Assembly (NCBI GenBank): GCA_963663165.1
Contig: OY760175.1
Span: forward strand, 6,432,001-6,496,000
Length of the DNA stretch: 64,000 nucleotides
Direction: 5' to 3'
Source of the DNA: an uncultured Desulfospira sp.
GTDB lineage: Bacteria > Desulfobacterota > Desulfobacteria > Desulfobacterales > Desulfobacteraceae
The stretch's first letter is position 1; every line of letters begins with the position of its first letter. Of the stretch, positions 30,047-40,033 are shown in pieces. The notes beneath the pieces were generated by a model. The model ran no database searches, was not told the origin of the DNA, and saw only the letters and a program-made list of their open reading frames with translations. Both the position numbers and the translations under genes were made by a program.

Positions 30047-31081
30047 TTACAAAAACAGGTTCATGTTGGGCCGGTCCAGGGTTTCGGGAGATTGTGAAAA
30101 AATAGTCTCCGTGTTGTGGCGGATACCGGCCATGGTGTCCGCCCGGATCAGCTGCTTAAGTATGGAATGGCCGAATTTAAAATTGGCGCAAAAATAGGGG
30201 GCAAATTTTTTAAACAGTTTGACGGCAAAATGGTCTTCATGATGCCGGGACAACAGGTCTGCCAGCCGCAGGGCGGTCTTGCCGTATATGGACTGGTCAG
30301 GGGCAAGCCCCAGGGTCCACTGGGCAAAAATCCAGGGCCTGGCCACGGCCATCCGGCCAAGGGAAAGCCCCTGGCACCCGGTTTGTTCAAACATTCTGAT
30401 GCCGTCGGCCATGTCAAAGAGGTTCCCGTTGCCGAATACAGGGATGGAAACCGCCTGTTCAACCTGACGGATCAGCGCCCATTTCGGGGGGCGGGTCCGC
30501 CGGTCCGGGGCGGTTCTTGGGTGGTACACCAGGGCATCGGCCCCGGCATCTTCAAACCGGCGGGCCATGTCCCCGGGATTCTGGTCCTGGTTCTCCCATC
30601 CGGCCCGAAACTTTACAAATACCGGGCAGCCTACCGCCGTTCTCACCCCGGCGACAATTTTTCCGGCCAGGGGGGGATCTTTTAACAGTGCCGCACCACA
30701 TCCTTTTTTGCAGATAGCGGCAACCGAACAGCCAAAATTAAGATCCACGCCGAAAAAACCTTCCGCTTCAATCCTTTCGGCGGCCCGTACCATATCCGGT
30801 TCATTGCCGCCGAATATCTGGCATACCGTATGGGACAGCTCTTCAGGCCGCCAGGCAAACACATTGGAAATTTTCGGGTTTTCATGGGGAACGGCCCTGG
30901 CGCTGCACATGCCGGTAAACAATAGCCCGAATCCACCAAATTCACTGACCAGCTGCCTGAAGGCAATGTGGCCGAGCCCGGCCATGGGGGCCAGAAACAG
31001 CCGCTTTGGAACGGATGTTTTCCCGATGGCCAAAGGGGTATTTAAATTTTTGGAAAATGTTGCGGTATCAATACGTTCCAC
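30047..31081 (-). CDS. tRNA-dihydrouridine synthase (DusB-like)
   Basis: LAPMAG, QIFG, DLNFGC, GCGAALLK, VKFRAGW, HPRT, GNG. Confidence 0.9.
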   Translation of the reverse strand: MERIDTATFSKNLNTPLAIGKTSVPKRLFLAPMAGLGHIAFRQLVSEFGGFGLLFTGMCSARAVPHENPKISNVFAWRPEELSHTVCQIFGGNEPDMVRAAERIEAEGFFGVDLNFGCSVAAICKKGCGAALLKDPPLAGKIVAGVRTAVGCPVFVKFRAGWENQDQNPGDMARRFEDAGADALVYHPRTAPDRRTRPPKWALIRQVEQAVSIPVFGNGNLFDMADGIRMFEQTGCQGLSLGRMAVARPWIFAQWTLGLAPDQSIYGKTALRLADLLSRHHEDHFAVKLFKKFAPYFCANFKFGHSILKQLIRADTMAGIRHNTETIFSQSPETLDRPNMNLFL

Positions 31082-31408
31082 AGTGCCGGGCCTGTTGTTA
31101 AATTACTGTGGCAACCTACAGCCAAGATAAGGGAATGTCAAGGGCCGCTGAATCGCTGATCCGTGTGACCTCAGGTATCATCCGGATGTTGTCCCTAAAA
31201 ATTCATGGGCAAGATGCCGTATCAATTCCCGGATTTGGTTTCCGGTCTCCTGACCGCTCAACTTGGAAAAAGACTCGACAATTGGCCGGGAATAGTCTTT
31301 AATGCACCGGAAAAAAAATGCTTGAGGGTGATCAGGGCGCTTAAGATGTGAAAACGTAACCCTTCGGTCTTCAGCCTGAACACCTTATTTTATAGAGGGA
31401 GAATAAAA

Positions 31409-32550
31409 TTGGATTTTAATCCGTGCATGAAGCATCAGCTGGTTCGAAAAACCGTGCGCGAGTTTGCGGAAAATGAGATCCGCCCCCATGTGTCGGAACT
31501 GGACAAGGAATCCAGGTTTCCACTGGAGATCATTGAAAAAATGAAGCCCTTGAATTATTTCGGTCTCCAGACCCCCAAAGAATACGGCGGGGCCGGTCTT
31601 GACACCATCAGCTATGCCATTGCCGTGGAGGAAATCTCCCGGGTTTCCGCAGCCATCGGGCTGTGCGTCACCGTTCACAACAGTGTGGGAATTTATCCCA
31701 TCCTCATGTTTGGAACAAAGGAACAAAAACAAAAATTTGTTCCGGCCATGGCGGCCGGGGACCGTATCGGCGCTTTCTGCCTGACCGAGTCCAATGCCGG
31801 GTCTGATGCCGGGGCCGTGGAAACCACGGCCTGTGAAACCGACACCGGGTTTGTCATCAACGGGACCAAGATTTTTGTCACCAACGGCGGGTGTGCGGGA
31901 CGGTCCTGGTCTTTGCCGTTACCAAAGGAGAGCGGGCCTCAGCCAACGTATTTGTGGTGGAAAAGACAAGCCCCGGGTTTCTGGTGGGTGAAATTGAAGA
32001 CCTTTGCGGCATGAGGGCCAATCCCGTGTCTTCCCTGTTCTTTGAAGACTGCCGGGTTCCCAAAGACCATTTGCTGGGAAAACCGGGGCAGGGAATTAAA
32101 ATCGGCCTGACCGCACTGGATACGGGACGGATCGGCGTGGCGGCCCAGGCCCTTGGGATTGCCCAGGCCGCCTTTGAAGCCTCGGTTTCCTATGCCAAGG
32201 AACGGCAGCAGTTTAACAAGCCCATTTCAAAATTCCAGACCGTCCAGAATTACCTGGCAGACATGGCGACGGCCATTGAGGGCTCAAGGCTTTTGCTTTA
32301 CCGGGCCGCCGCCGTAAGGGACAACGGCAGGGGTTTTTCCGCCGAAGCGTCCATGGCCAAGCTCAGTTGCAGTGCCACGGCCAGAACCGTGACCGACCTG
32401 GCCGTCCAGATCCACGGCGGATATGGCTACAGCAAGGAGTATGATGTGGAGCGGTATTTCAGGGACGCCAAGGTGACCCAGATTTACGAGGGAACCTCTG
32501 AAGTCCAGAAAATGGTCATTGCCCGGCATATTTTGACCCAACCCAGTTAA
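31409..32550 (+). pseudogene. Acyl-CoA (butyryl-CoA-type) dehydrogenase split by a single frameshift at ~31890 (may be a sequencing error)
   Basis: 5' half YGGAGLD, FCLTESNAGSD, NGTKIFVTNGG; 3' half RQQFNKPI, QIHGGYGY, YFRDAKVTQIYEGT; one extra G at 31889-31891 joins them. Confidence 0.85.
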
Positions 32551-32576
32551 CTGTTGTTAAGTTAGAGCATTAACCC

Positions 32577-33440
32577 ATGTTTAAAATAATCGTATGTATC
32601 AAGCAGGTCCCCATGGTATCGGAACTGCCCTGGGATTCAAAAACCGGCACCCTGAAACGGGAAATGGCCCAGGGCATGATGGACCCGGCCTCGGCAAGCG
32701 CCCTTGAGGCAGCCTTGCAGATCAGGGAAACCCAGCAGAATGCCAAGATTTCTGCCATTGCCATGGGGCCGCCCATGGCCCGGGAGATCCTGCACCAGGC
32801 CCAGGCCCTGGGCGTGGATGAGGCATTTTTGCTCACCGACCGGAAAATGGCCGGGGCCGACACCTTTCTAACCTCTTATATATTGGCCCAATGCGTTCAA
32901 CAGATCAGCCCGGATTTTGACCTGATCCTTTGCGGGGCCCAGTCCAGTGACAGTGAAACCGCCCAGGTCGGACCTCAGCTGGCCGAAACCCTGGATATCC
33001 CCTGTGTGGGATTTGCCAGGACCATTGATATGGAAGGTTCCGGTTCCGGTTCCGGTTCCGGGGCCATGGTCCGGGTCAGCCGTCATGTGGATGATTTCAT
33101 GGAAGAACTGGAAATGGACCTGCCCGGGCTGTTAACCGTGGACCACGGGGCATTTGCCCCCCGGTACCTGCCCCTTGAAGGCATACAGCAGGCCTTTGAA
33201 TCCCCGGTGATCCAGGTGCTGGATGTAAAAAAGCTTGGCATTCCGGACCAGTTCAATGCCCTGAAGGATTCTCCCACCAGGATCATTGATGTCTATTCCC
33301 CCACGGCCCAGAAAGAAAACCGTGTCCTTAAAGGCGCGGTGAAAACCAGCCTCGAAGAGCTTTTCAAGGATTACGGCAAAATCATATCCGGGGCCATGGG
33401 CAAGGATTTGAAAACCCATGAGCATGGGGAGGATGCATGA
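32577..33440 (+). CDS. etfB: Electron transfer flavoprotein beta subunit
   Basis: CIKQVP, AMGP, AGADT, DSETAQVGP; contains (GGTTCC)4 at 33036..33059. Confidence 0.93.
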   Translation: MFKIIVCIKQVPMVSELPWDSKTGTLKREMAQGMMDPASASALEAALQIRETQQNAKISAIAMGPPMAREILHQAQALGVDEAFLLTDRKMAGADTFLTSYILAQCVQQISPDFDLILCGAQSSDSETAQVGPQLAETLDIPCVGFARTIDMEGSGSGSGSGAMVRVSRHVDDFMEELEMDLPGLLTVDHGAFAPRYLPLEGIQQAFESPVIQVLDVKKLGIPDQFNALKDSPTRIIDVYSPTAQKENRVLKGAVKTSLEELFKDYGKIISGAMGKDLKTHEHGEDA

Positions 33441-34435
33441 AAACACAAAACGAAATATGGGTCCTGGGCGATTACCGCAACTATTTTCAAAGCCGGGTGA
33501 CCCTTCAGATTCTTGCCCGGGGGTGCGCGTTGGCCAGAAAGACCGGGTCCCGGGTCTGTGCCCTGTTGTTCGGCCATGATCTGGACGAGTATGCGGGCGA
33601 ATACATTGCCCACGGGGCAGACCGGGTCTATGTCATGGACCATGCCGCCTTAAAAGAGTATTCCGTTGAAACCTACGCTTATTTAACGGCCCGCCTGGTC
33701 AAAGAACGGCAGCCTGAAATCCTGCTGGTCGGTGCCACACGGTTTGGGCAGGAACTGGCCCCCCGGGTGGCCAAAATCCTTGGCACCGGCCTGACCGCCG
33801 ACTGCATTGATCTGGAGATCGATCAAAAGGGCCGGTTGGTCCAGACGGCCCCGTCCTTTGGGGGCAACCTGGTGGCCCGGATCATCACCCCTGAAAAACG
33901 GCCCCAGATGGCAACGGTCCGCCCGGGAACCTTTCAGGAACTGCCCCATGATTATGATGCCCGGGGCGAGGTGGTTTTACTCCCTTTGCCGGACCAGCTG
34001 CCAACGCCGCGGATAAGGTGTATAAGGTCTGAATACCAGCCTTCCCGGAATAAAAAACTGGAAGAGGCCGACGTCGTGATCACCGGGGGCCGGGGCATGG
34101 GGTCAAAACGCAAGTTTCGGCGGCTGTTTGAGCTGGCCGAACTCATGCATGCCGAAGTCGGGGCCACCCGGCCGGCGGTTTATGCCGACTGGATTTCCCA
34201 TGAGGCCTTAGTGGGCCAGGCCGGAAAAAATGTCAGGCCCAGGGTGTTGATTTCCTTTGGGGTGAGCGGGGCCATTCAGCACACCGCCGCCCTGGTCGAC
34301 GCGGATTTTATCGTGGCGGTCAACAAAAACCCCAACGCCACCATGATGAAAATGGCGGATGTGGCCATCGTGGCCGATGCATCCCAGGTCTGCGCCGGAA
34401 TGATACGGATGCTCAAGGAAAAGGTCAGGGATTGA
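33437..34435 (+). CDS. etfA: Electron transfer flavoprotein alpha subunit
   Basis: GLTADC, PQMATVRPG, GGRGMG, GATRPAV, GVSGAIQH. Confidence 0.94.
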   Translation: MKTQNEIWVLGDYRNYFQSRVTLQILARGCALARKTGSRVCALLFGHDLDEYAGEYIAHGADRVYVMDHAALKEYSVETYAYLTARLVKERQPEILLVGATRFGQELAPRVAKILGTGLTADCIDLEIDQKGRLVQTAPSFGGNLVARIITPEKRPQMATVRPGTFQELPHDYDARGEVVLLPLPDQLPTPRIRCIRSEYQPSRNKKLEEADVVITGGRGMGSKRKFRRLFELAELMHAEVGATRPAVYADWISHEALVGQAGKNVRPRVLISFGVSGAIQHTAALVDADFIVAVNKNPNATMMKMADVAIVADASQVCAGMIRMLKEKVRD

Positions 34436-34579
34436 AATTCCTTGACTTGTGGGCCCCCTAAATTTATATAAGACCAGTATAAATCAAGTTTAAGTTTCGA
34501 TCCGGGCGGGTGGCTTTCCGCCATGCCGTCCAGTTCAAAAGCAGTTTTTAACCGGACAGAATTAAAAGGTGTACCCCCC

Positions 34580-35023
34580 ATGACTGAACTGACTCAAATT
34601 ATTTTTGGTTATCTTACAAAAATCGGTTTTAACCAGCCCCTTTATCCCATTTTCGGCCAGCTGACCATGGGCATGGTGATCGCGGCCTTTCTTTTCAGGT
34701 ATATGTCCTTTTTGCCCAAATCCAAAGTGCTTGCAAGGACCGCCTACCACTGCGTTATTCTGGGGTTTTTAAGCTGTATTCCGGCTGCGTTTGCCGGTGT
34801 CCTGGACTGGCAGCACCGGTTTGAAGGGATATGGGACGGGTGGGTGATTTTGCACATGGTCCTTGGCGTCCTTATGGCGCTTTTCCTACTCTTTATCGCC
34901 ATTAAAGACGACCCTGAAAATGTCAAATTTGACAAGATCACGGCGTTTTACCTGCTTAACTTTATCCTGGCCTGCGGGGTAGGGTTCTCAGCAGGAGAAA
35001 TTTTCTTTCGCGCAACCGCCTAA
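34580..35023 (+). CDS. Small four-TM membrane protein (DUF2231-like)
   Basis: Hydrophobic segments; GVLDWQHRF and HMVLG. Confidence 0.6.
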   Translation: MTELTQIIFGYLTKIGFNQPLYPIFGQLTMGMVIAAFLFRYMSFLPKSKVLARTAYHCVILGFLSCIPAAFAGVLDWQHRFEGIWDGWVILHMVLGVLMALFLLFIAIKDDPENVKFDKITAFYLLNFILACGVGFSAGEIFFRATA

Positions 35024-36078
35024 CGGTTTTCCTTTTCTGCCTGAATAAGGGCACAGACCCCCTGATAAAGGGTTTTCATGATCTGTGTTTCACTAGCTCC
35101 CAAGCGGTGTTTGTTGCTGATATCAAACACCGCTTCTTTAACTTTTGTTTTTTCCCCAAAGGTTCCCCTGATCTGAAGTCCGTGCCGGCCGGCTATGTCT
35201 TTTAAAATTCCCTCTTTTTTTTCCAGATGTTTCAACCGGATGTGAACCCCGGCCCGCATGGCGGTCCCGATGTTGGACGGGCAGGCGGTCAGGTACCCCA
35301 AGGTCTCATCCTTTGCAAACTCAAGGGATTCCGAAAGGCCAGCAAGGGCTTTGACCAGCCGCTGGAACACCCGGGACAGGTTTGAAGAATTTTCCATGGA
35401 AATAATTCTTAAGTGGTCTTCTTCATTGGCCCAGATTAAAAACCGGGATTGCCGTTGAGTGGTTTCATCTGTCACCTGGCTGAAAAACACCCCCCTGTCT
35501 TTGGGAAAGTCCCGGTTGATGCCGGCACTTTCCATAAACCGGTCGCCTTTGGGGAAAGCGATTTTCTGGTCAACCAGCCGGCTTCTTTCATTTTCTGTTA
35601 ACTGATCCAGATAGAAAAATTCTCCTTTTAACCCTTGGGGGAGTTTGGCTGTGGCCATTACAATTTTTTCAAGGACCCGGCTTCGCTGGGCTGCGCTGAT
35701 ATGGGGCGGAAAGGGGAATTCCTCCAGATTCCGGGCCACCCGGATCCGGGTGGACAGGATAAATTCTTTTTCAGGGTCCGGGTCCGGCAGGTCCAGGCAG
35801 GGGCTGTCCGGTTTGTCAAAGTCGCTGATGTGGTTGGCTTCATGGTTATGATAAGCCAGTATCACCGGGGAAAACAGGTCTGAGAACAGGGCATAGCTTT
35901 CTTCATCCCCGGCATAAATGCCGATGCCGGAATCCGGGTTTTCCATACCGGACCGGAGGGCCTGTTCCAGGGTGAAACCTGAAGCTGTAATTTTTGTTGT
36001 CAGTTGATCAAACATCTGACGGGTCAGAAACCGGCCGGCAAGGCTGTCTGAATTCTCTAAGAAGAGATCAGGTTTCAT
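35020..36078 (-). CDS. Eukaryote-type arginine kinase (phosphagen kinase)
   Basis: N-terminal domain SGMENPDSGIGIYAGD; STRIRVARN; GDRF; WANEEDHLRIISM; TACPSNIGT; IRGTFGE; DISNKHRLG. Confidence 0.93.
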   Translation of the reverse strand: MKPDLFLENSDSLAGRFLTRQMFDQLTTKITASGFTLEQALRSGMENPDSGIGIYAGDEESYALFSDLFSPVILAYHNHEANHISDFDKPDSPCLDLPDPDPEKEFILSTRIRVARNLEEFPFPPHISAAQRSRVLEKIVMATAKLPQGLKGEFFYLDQLTENERSRLVDQKIAFPKGDRFMESAGINRDFPKDRGVFFSQVTDETTQRQSRFLIWANEEDHLRIISMENSSNLSRVFQRLVKALAGLSESLEFAKDETLGYLTACPSNIGTAMRAGVHIRLKHLEKKEGILKDIAGRHGLQIRGTFGEKTKVKEAVFDISNKHRLGASETQIMKTLYQGVCALIQAEKENR

Positions 36079-36253
36079 ATGAGGAGGACTGGGATGAGAT
36101 CCCCCGGGCAAGGATGGTCTGAAGCTTGTCTAAAACCGGGCATTCCGAATGGCAATGGGGCTGGTGCTCCCTGTCTTCGCAGGCCACACAGGGGCTTTGG
36201 GTTAAATAACCAATCTCAAAGTCAAACACATCTCTTTTTATCGGGCTTTCCAT
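36068..36253 (-). CDS. Small Cys-rich hypothetical protein (61 aa)
   Basis: FDFEIGYLTQSPCVAC...CHSEC; overlaps the arginine kinase start by 11 bp. Confidence 0.65.
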   Translation of the reverse strand: MESPIKRDVFDFEIGYLTQSPCVACEDREHQPHCHSECPVLDKLQTILARGISSQSSSYET

Positions 36254-36290
36254 AACGGGCTTCCATACATCAAAATAAAAGGGAATATAT

Positions 36291-36520
36291 CAGAACAGGA
36301 GGCAAGAGACAAGAGACAAGAGATAAGAAACAGGAGGCAGGAGACAAGGAGGCCGGAAACAGGAAACATGAAACGGGAGACCGGAAATGAAAAACAGGAG
36401 GTAAGTGACAAGAACCCATTAGACAGAAGGTTTAAACCTAACCGTTCGGATTAGATTTGGGTATTGCAAGCCTTGTTTCTTGTCTCCAGTATCTAGTTTC
36501 TTGGTTAGTTTCTTGTTGTA
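36291..36520. repeat. Degenerate heptamer tandem repeats with complementary arms
   Basis: acaagag/acaggag-type units followed by complementary tttcttg/tctccag units. Confidence 0.7.
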
Positions 36521-36629
36521 AGATTCAAAGGCAAATGATATGGACATAGGACAAAACCGTTCCCTGCCACTGGGACCATCATCATCATGTTATGAATTAA
36601 TTACCAAAGGAAATGGAGAAACATCGCCT

Positions 36630-37256
36630 GTGGTTGAGTCAAGATTTGCCGTACTAAAAGAAAAAGAAAAACAGGCCAGAAAACAAATTGTTATTGAATC
36701 CTCGCTGTCCCTTTTTGCCAGAAAGCCCTTTTACGAAGTGGGCATGAGGGATGTGGCTGAAGAAGCCGGGATATCACCAGCCACCATATACCGCTACTTT
36801 CCAAGCCAGGAAGACCTGTTTAATGAGGCCTTTCTTCAGGAAATCCTGGCCGTGAGCAAAGAATTTGAAGCCATGGTTCAACGGGAAAAACCGGCCAGTA
36901 TCGAACAGTTTGGGTTAAAGCTGGTGGATCACCTCATTGAAAACGAGTCCAGTTTTCAGATGATGGCCTATCTGATGCTTAAATATAACCTGAATCATCC
37001 GGTAAAGGGAAAATTTGATTCGGTAACCAAAATACTGTTTGATTTATTTGCCACCCTGTTGACACGCCACGGCATGGCCGAAGATAAAGCAAGGGTTTAT
37101 TCCCATTCCTTTATCTCATCCCTTGCCGGCATCCTGATGACCTTTCGCAACTACCCGTTCAAGGATAAGGAATCTGTCCGGAGCCACATCGCTAAAATGG
37201 TGAAGCTGACCGCAGCCATCTATTCCGAACACTTAGGGATCACTGAGGTTGATTAG
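36630..37256 (+). CDS. TetR/AcrR-family regulator
   Basis: MRDVAEEAGISPATIYRYFPSQEDLF; probable GTG start after GGAG (the ORF track start at 36540 is possible). Confidence 0.92.
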   Translation: MVESRFAVLKEKEKQARKQIVIESSLSLFARKPFYEVGMRDVAEEAGISPATIYRYFPSQEDLFNEAFLQEILAVSKEFEAMVQREKPASIEQFGLKLVDHLIENESSFQMMAYLMLKYNLNHPVKGKFDSVTKILFDLFATLLTRHGMAEDKARVYSHSFISSLAGILMTFRNYPFKDKESVRSHIAKMVKLTAAIYSEHLGITEVD

Positions 37257-37358
37257 ACTGAAGGGATTCAGGCTGAAGGCTATGAGGAAGTTAACCGACG
37301 CCTTCCTTCAGCCTTCAGCCTAACTCCCTTCAGCCTTCAGCCTAACTCCCTTCAGCCT
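37256..37358. repeat. Heptamer-based inverted/tandem repeats
   Basis: ggctgaa arm versus ccttcagccttcagcctaactc x2. Confidence 0.65.
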
Positions 37359-37491
37359 TTTTTCTCAACGTTACCACATTGTAATCTTAAAGCCCGTTTC
37401 TTGTCCTTGACACGGGTTTCTTATCTTTTATATTTAGAGAAATTTTTGCGGAAGATTCCACATTATCCACAAGTTTTAAAGGCAAATCACC

Positions 37492-38526
37492 ATGGAAGAT
37501 ATGACATCAGAACAAACCAAGTCAGTTGTTGTCCGGGATGATCCGGCCCCGACACCGGATATCAAGGACCGGATAGAACAAAGCCATCTTCAGATCAGCC
37601 GGATAAGAAGCGAAATCGCAAAACGGCTGGTGGGCCAGGAAAAACTGGTGGACAGCCTCTTAACCGGGCTTCTGACTGGCGGGCATGTCCTTATTGAAGG
37701 GGTGCCGGGCCTGGCCAAAACCAGCGCGGTCAAGGCCCTGGCCTCGGCGGTTGAGGCTCAGTTCAAGCGGATTCAGTTTACCCCGGACCTGCTGCCGGCG
37801 GACCTGACCGGAACTGAAATTTACCGGCCTAAAACCGGTGATTTTGTTACCCGGAAAGGCCCCTTGTTCAACCACATCATCCTGGCCGATGAGATCAACC
37901 GGGCCCCGTCCAAGGTCCAGTCGGCCCTGCTCGAAGCCATGGAAGAAAAGCAGGTCACCATTGGGGACGAGACTTATGCTTTGCCCACGCCGTTTCTGGT
38001 CCTGGCCACCCAGAACCCCATTGAGCAGGAAGGGACATATCCGTTGCCCGAAGCCCAGGTGGACCGGTTTATGTTAAAGGTCATGGTCACCTATCCGGAC
38101 CGGGCCCAGGAACTTGAAATCCTCAAAAAGAACTCCTTTGAAAAGCCGGCCCCCATAGCGCCGGTCATTGACTGTGAGCAGCTTTCGGCCATGGCCGGGC
38201 TGGTGGATGAGATCTATGTGGATGAAAAGCTCAAAGAGTATATTGTGGACCTGATTTTTGCCACCAGAAAGCCTGAAGAATACGGCATGGATACGGCAAG
38301 GTACATTGAATTCGGGGCATCGCCCAGGGCCAGTATCTTCCTGGCCAAGGCCGCCCGGGTGAATGCCTTTTTATCGGGCAGGGCCTATATTACCCCCCAG
38401 GATATCAAAATCGTGGGGCCGGACGTGCTGCGCCACCGGATTCTGCTCTCTTTTGAGGCGGAAGCCGAAGATGTCAGCTGTGAGGACATTATTGCCCAGC
38501 TGTTTGACAGTGTCCAAGTACCTTAA
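37492..38526 (+). CDS. moxR: MoxR AAA+ ATPase
   Basis: EGVPGLAKT, RIQFTPDLLPAD, DEINRA, ATQNPIEQEGTYPLPEAQVDRF, GASPRA. Confidence 0.96.
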   Translation: MEDMTSEQTKSVVVRDDPAPTPDIKDRIEQSHLQISRIRSEIAKRLVGQEKLVDSLLTGLLTGGHVLIEGVPGLAKTSAVKALASAVEAQFKRIQFTPDLLPADLTGTEIYRPKTGDFVTRKGPLFNHIILADEINRAPSKVQSALLEAMEEKQVTIGDETYALPTPFLVLATQNPIEQEGTYPLPEAQVDRFMLKVMVTYPDRAQELEILKKNSFEKPAPIAPVIDCEQLSAMAGLVDEIYVDEKLKEYIVDLIFATRKPEEYGMDTARYIEFGASPRASIFLAKAARVNAFLSGRAYITPQDIKIVGPDVLRHRILLSFEAEAEDVSCEDIIAQLFDSVQVP

Positions 38527-38538
38527 CAGGATTCTCCC

Positions 38539-39417
38539 ATGATTCCGGCCCACGTGATTAAAAAAATCAAGCGGATTCATATCAAATCCAAGCGGACCGT
38601 CAGCACCATCATGGCCGGGCAGTACCGGTCCGTGTTCCGGGGCTCGGGCATTGAGTTTGAGGAAGTCCGCGAATACAGCCCCGGGGATGATGTCAAAGCC
38701 ATTGACTGGAAGGTATCGGCACGGCTTGGCAAACCCTTTGTCAAGCTGTACCGGGAAGAGCGCGAATCCATTGTCATGCTGCTCATTGACATGAGCGCCT
38801 CCCTGGAGTTCGGCACCTTTTCGGGCCAGAAACTGGAAAAGGCCGCTGAAACTGCCTCTGTTCTTGCCTTTAACGCCATTAAAAACAACGACAAGGTCGG
38901 GGTGATTTTTTTTACGGACCGGGTGGAAAAGTATATTCCCCCCAAAAAGGGTTCAAGCCATATCTGGCGGGTAATCCAGGAGATTTTTACCTTTACCCCT
39001 GAGGGGAAGGGGACCCATGTGGCCTGTGCCGTGGATTACCTGACAAGGATCATGAAAAAGCGGACCTTTGCCTTTATCCTTTCGGATTTTCTAAGCCCGG
39101 ATTATGAAAATTCTTTGAAAACCGCCAGGCGCAAACATGAAATCATCGGGATCAGGATCACGGATCCGGGCAGCTTTGAACTGCCCGAAAAAGGAATTAT
39201 CCGGCTGTGCGACCTGGAAACCGGAAAGGCCCTGATGGTGGATGCGGGGAACAAAAAGACCCGGCAGGAATTTTCAAGTCTTCGGCATGCCTTCCAGGAG
39301 CAGGCGGTAAAGGCCTTTTCCCGGGCCAAAAGTGATTTGATTGAAATGAAAACCAGCGATTCCGTATCCGACAGCCTGACCCTGTATTTCAGGCAGCGGG
39401 AAAGAAGGCTCCGGTAA
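38539..39417 (+). CDS. DUF58 protein of the bat operon
   Basis: GSGIEFEEVREYSPGDDVKAIDWKVSAR, DMSAS, SDF. Confidence 0.94.
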   Translation: MIPAHVIKKIKRIHIKSKRTVSTIMAGQYRSVFRGSGIEFEEVREYSPGDDVKAIDWKVSARLGKPFVKLYREERESIVMLLIDMSASLEFGTFSGQKLEKAAETASVLAFNAIKNNDKVGVIFFTDRVEKYIPPKKGSSHIWRVIQEIFTFTPEGKGTHVACAVDYLTRIMKKRTFAFILSDFLSPDYENSLKTARRKHEIIGIRITDPGSFELPEKGIIRLCDLETGKALMVDAGNKKTRQEFSSLRHAFQEQAVKAFSRAKSDLIEMKTSDSVSDSLTLYFRQRERRLR

Positions 39418-40031
39418 TGGCGGACGTGATGCAGGATATCCATGAAATAAGGCCGCCCGTGGCCGTGGGGATGGACCCGGCCCTGGTCAAAACGGCACTC
39501 ATTGCCCTGGGCTGCCTGGTCCTTGCCGGAATCCTCATTTATCTGTTCAAACGGTTCTGGAAGCCGTCAAAGAAAAAACAGGCCCATGACGCGGTTACAA
39601 CGGCTATTCCGCCTTATGAGGCGGCCCTTAAGGGGCTTGACCGGCTCGGGTTCAAGACCAATGCGGATCCCAAGGTGTTTTACTTTGAACTTAACGCCCT
39701 GATGAAGGCCTATATCGGCGGAATACATGAATTTAACGCCGCGGAGATGACCACCCAGGAACTTTCAAAGCGCCTGCGAAGTACCAAAATGGACCCGAGG
39801 GTGGCCTCAAAGGTCGGCAAGTTCCAGGACCATTGCGATCCGTTCCGGTATGCACCGGTCCGGCCGGAGCCGGAAAGGGCGGGCCAGGACCTAAAAAAGG
39901 CCAGGCAGTTGATTGATGCCATGGAAGCAGATGTCAACCAAATCCGGGAGGCTGAGGCGGCCCTGGAAAAAGACCTGGAAAAAGAATCGGCCACAACGTC
40001 CCGGAACCGCACCCCGAAAGGAGGGCAATAA
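39417..40031 (+). CDS. Single-pass membrane protein of the bat operon
   Basis: DIHEIRPP, one TM segment, PYEAAL, AEMTTQEL; typical position. Confidence 0.8.
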   Translation: MADVMQDIHEIRPPVAVGMDPALVKTALIALGCLVLAGILIYLFKRFWKPSKKKQAHDAVTTAIPPYEAALKGLDRLGFKTNADPKVFYFELNALMKAYIGGIHEFNAAEMTTQELSKRLRSTKMDPRVASKVGKFQDHCDPFRYAPVRPEPERAGQDLKKARQLIDAMEADVNQIREAEAALEKDLEKESATTSRNRTPKGGQ

Positions 40032-40033
40032 CC

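Noticed and set aside
33036..33059. (GGTTCC)4 in etfB as a phase-variation switch
   Set aside because: The hexamer is in frame and only lengthens a GS loop.
35020..36078. McsB protein-arginine kinase
   Set aside because: Has the N-terminal phosphagen-binding domain and no ctsR/mcsA/clpC context.
37463..37471. Perfect DnaA box TTATCCACA upstream of moxR
   Set aside because: Single copy with no cluster or origin context; compatible with chance.
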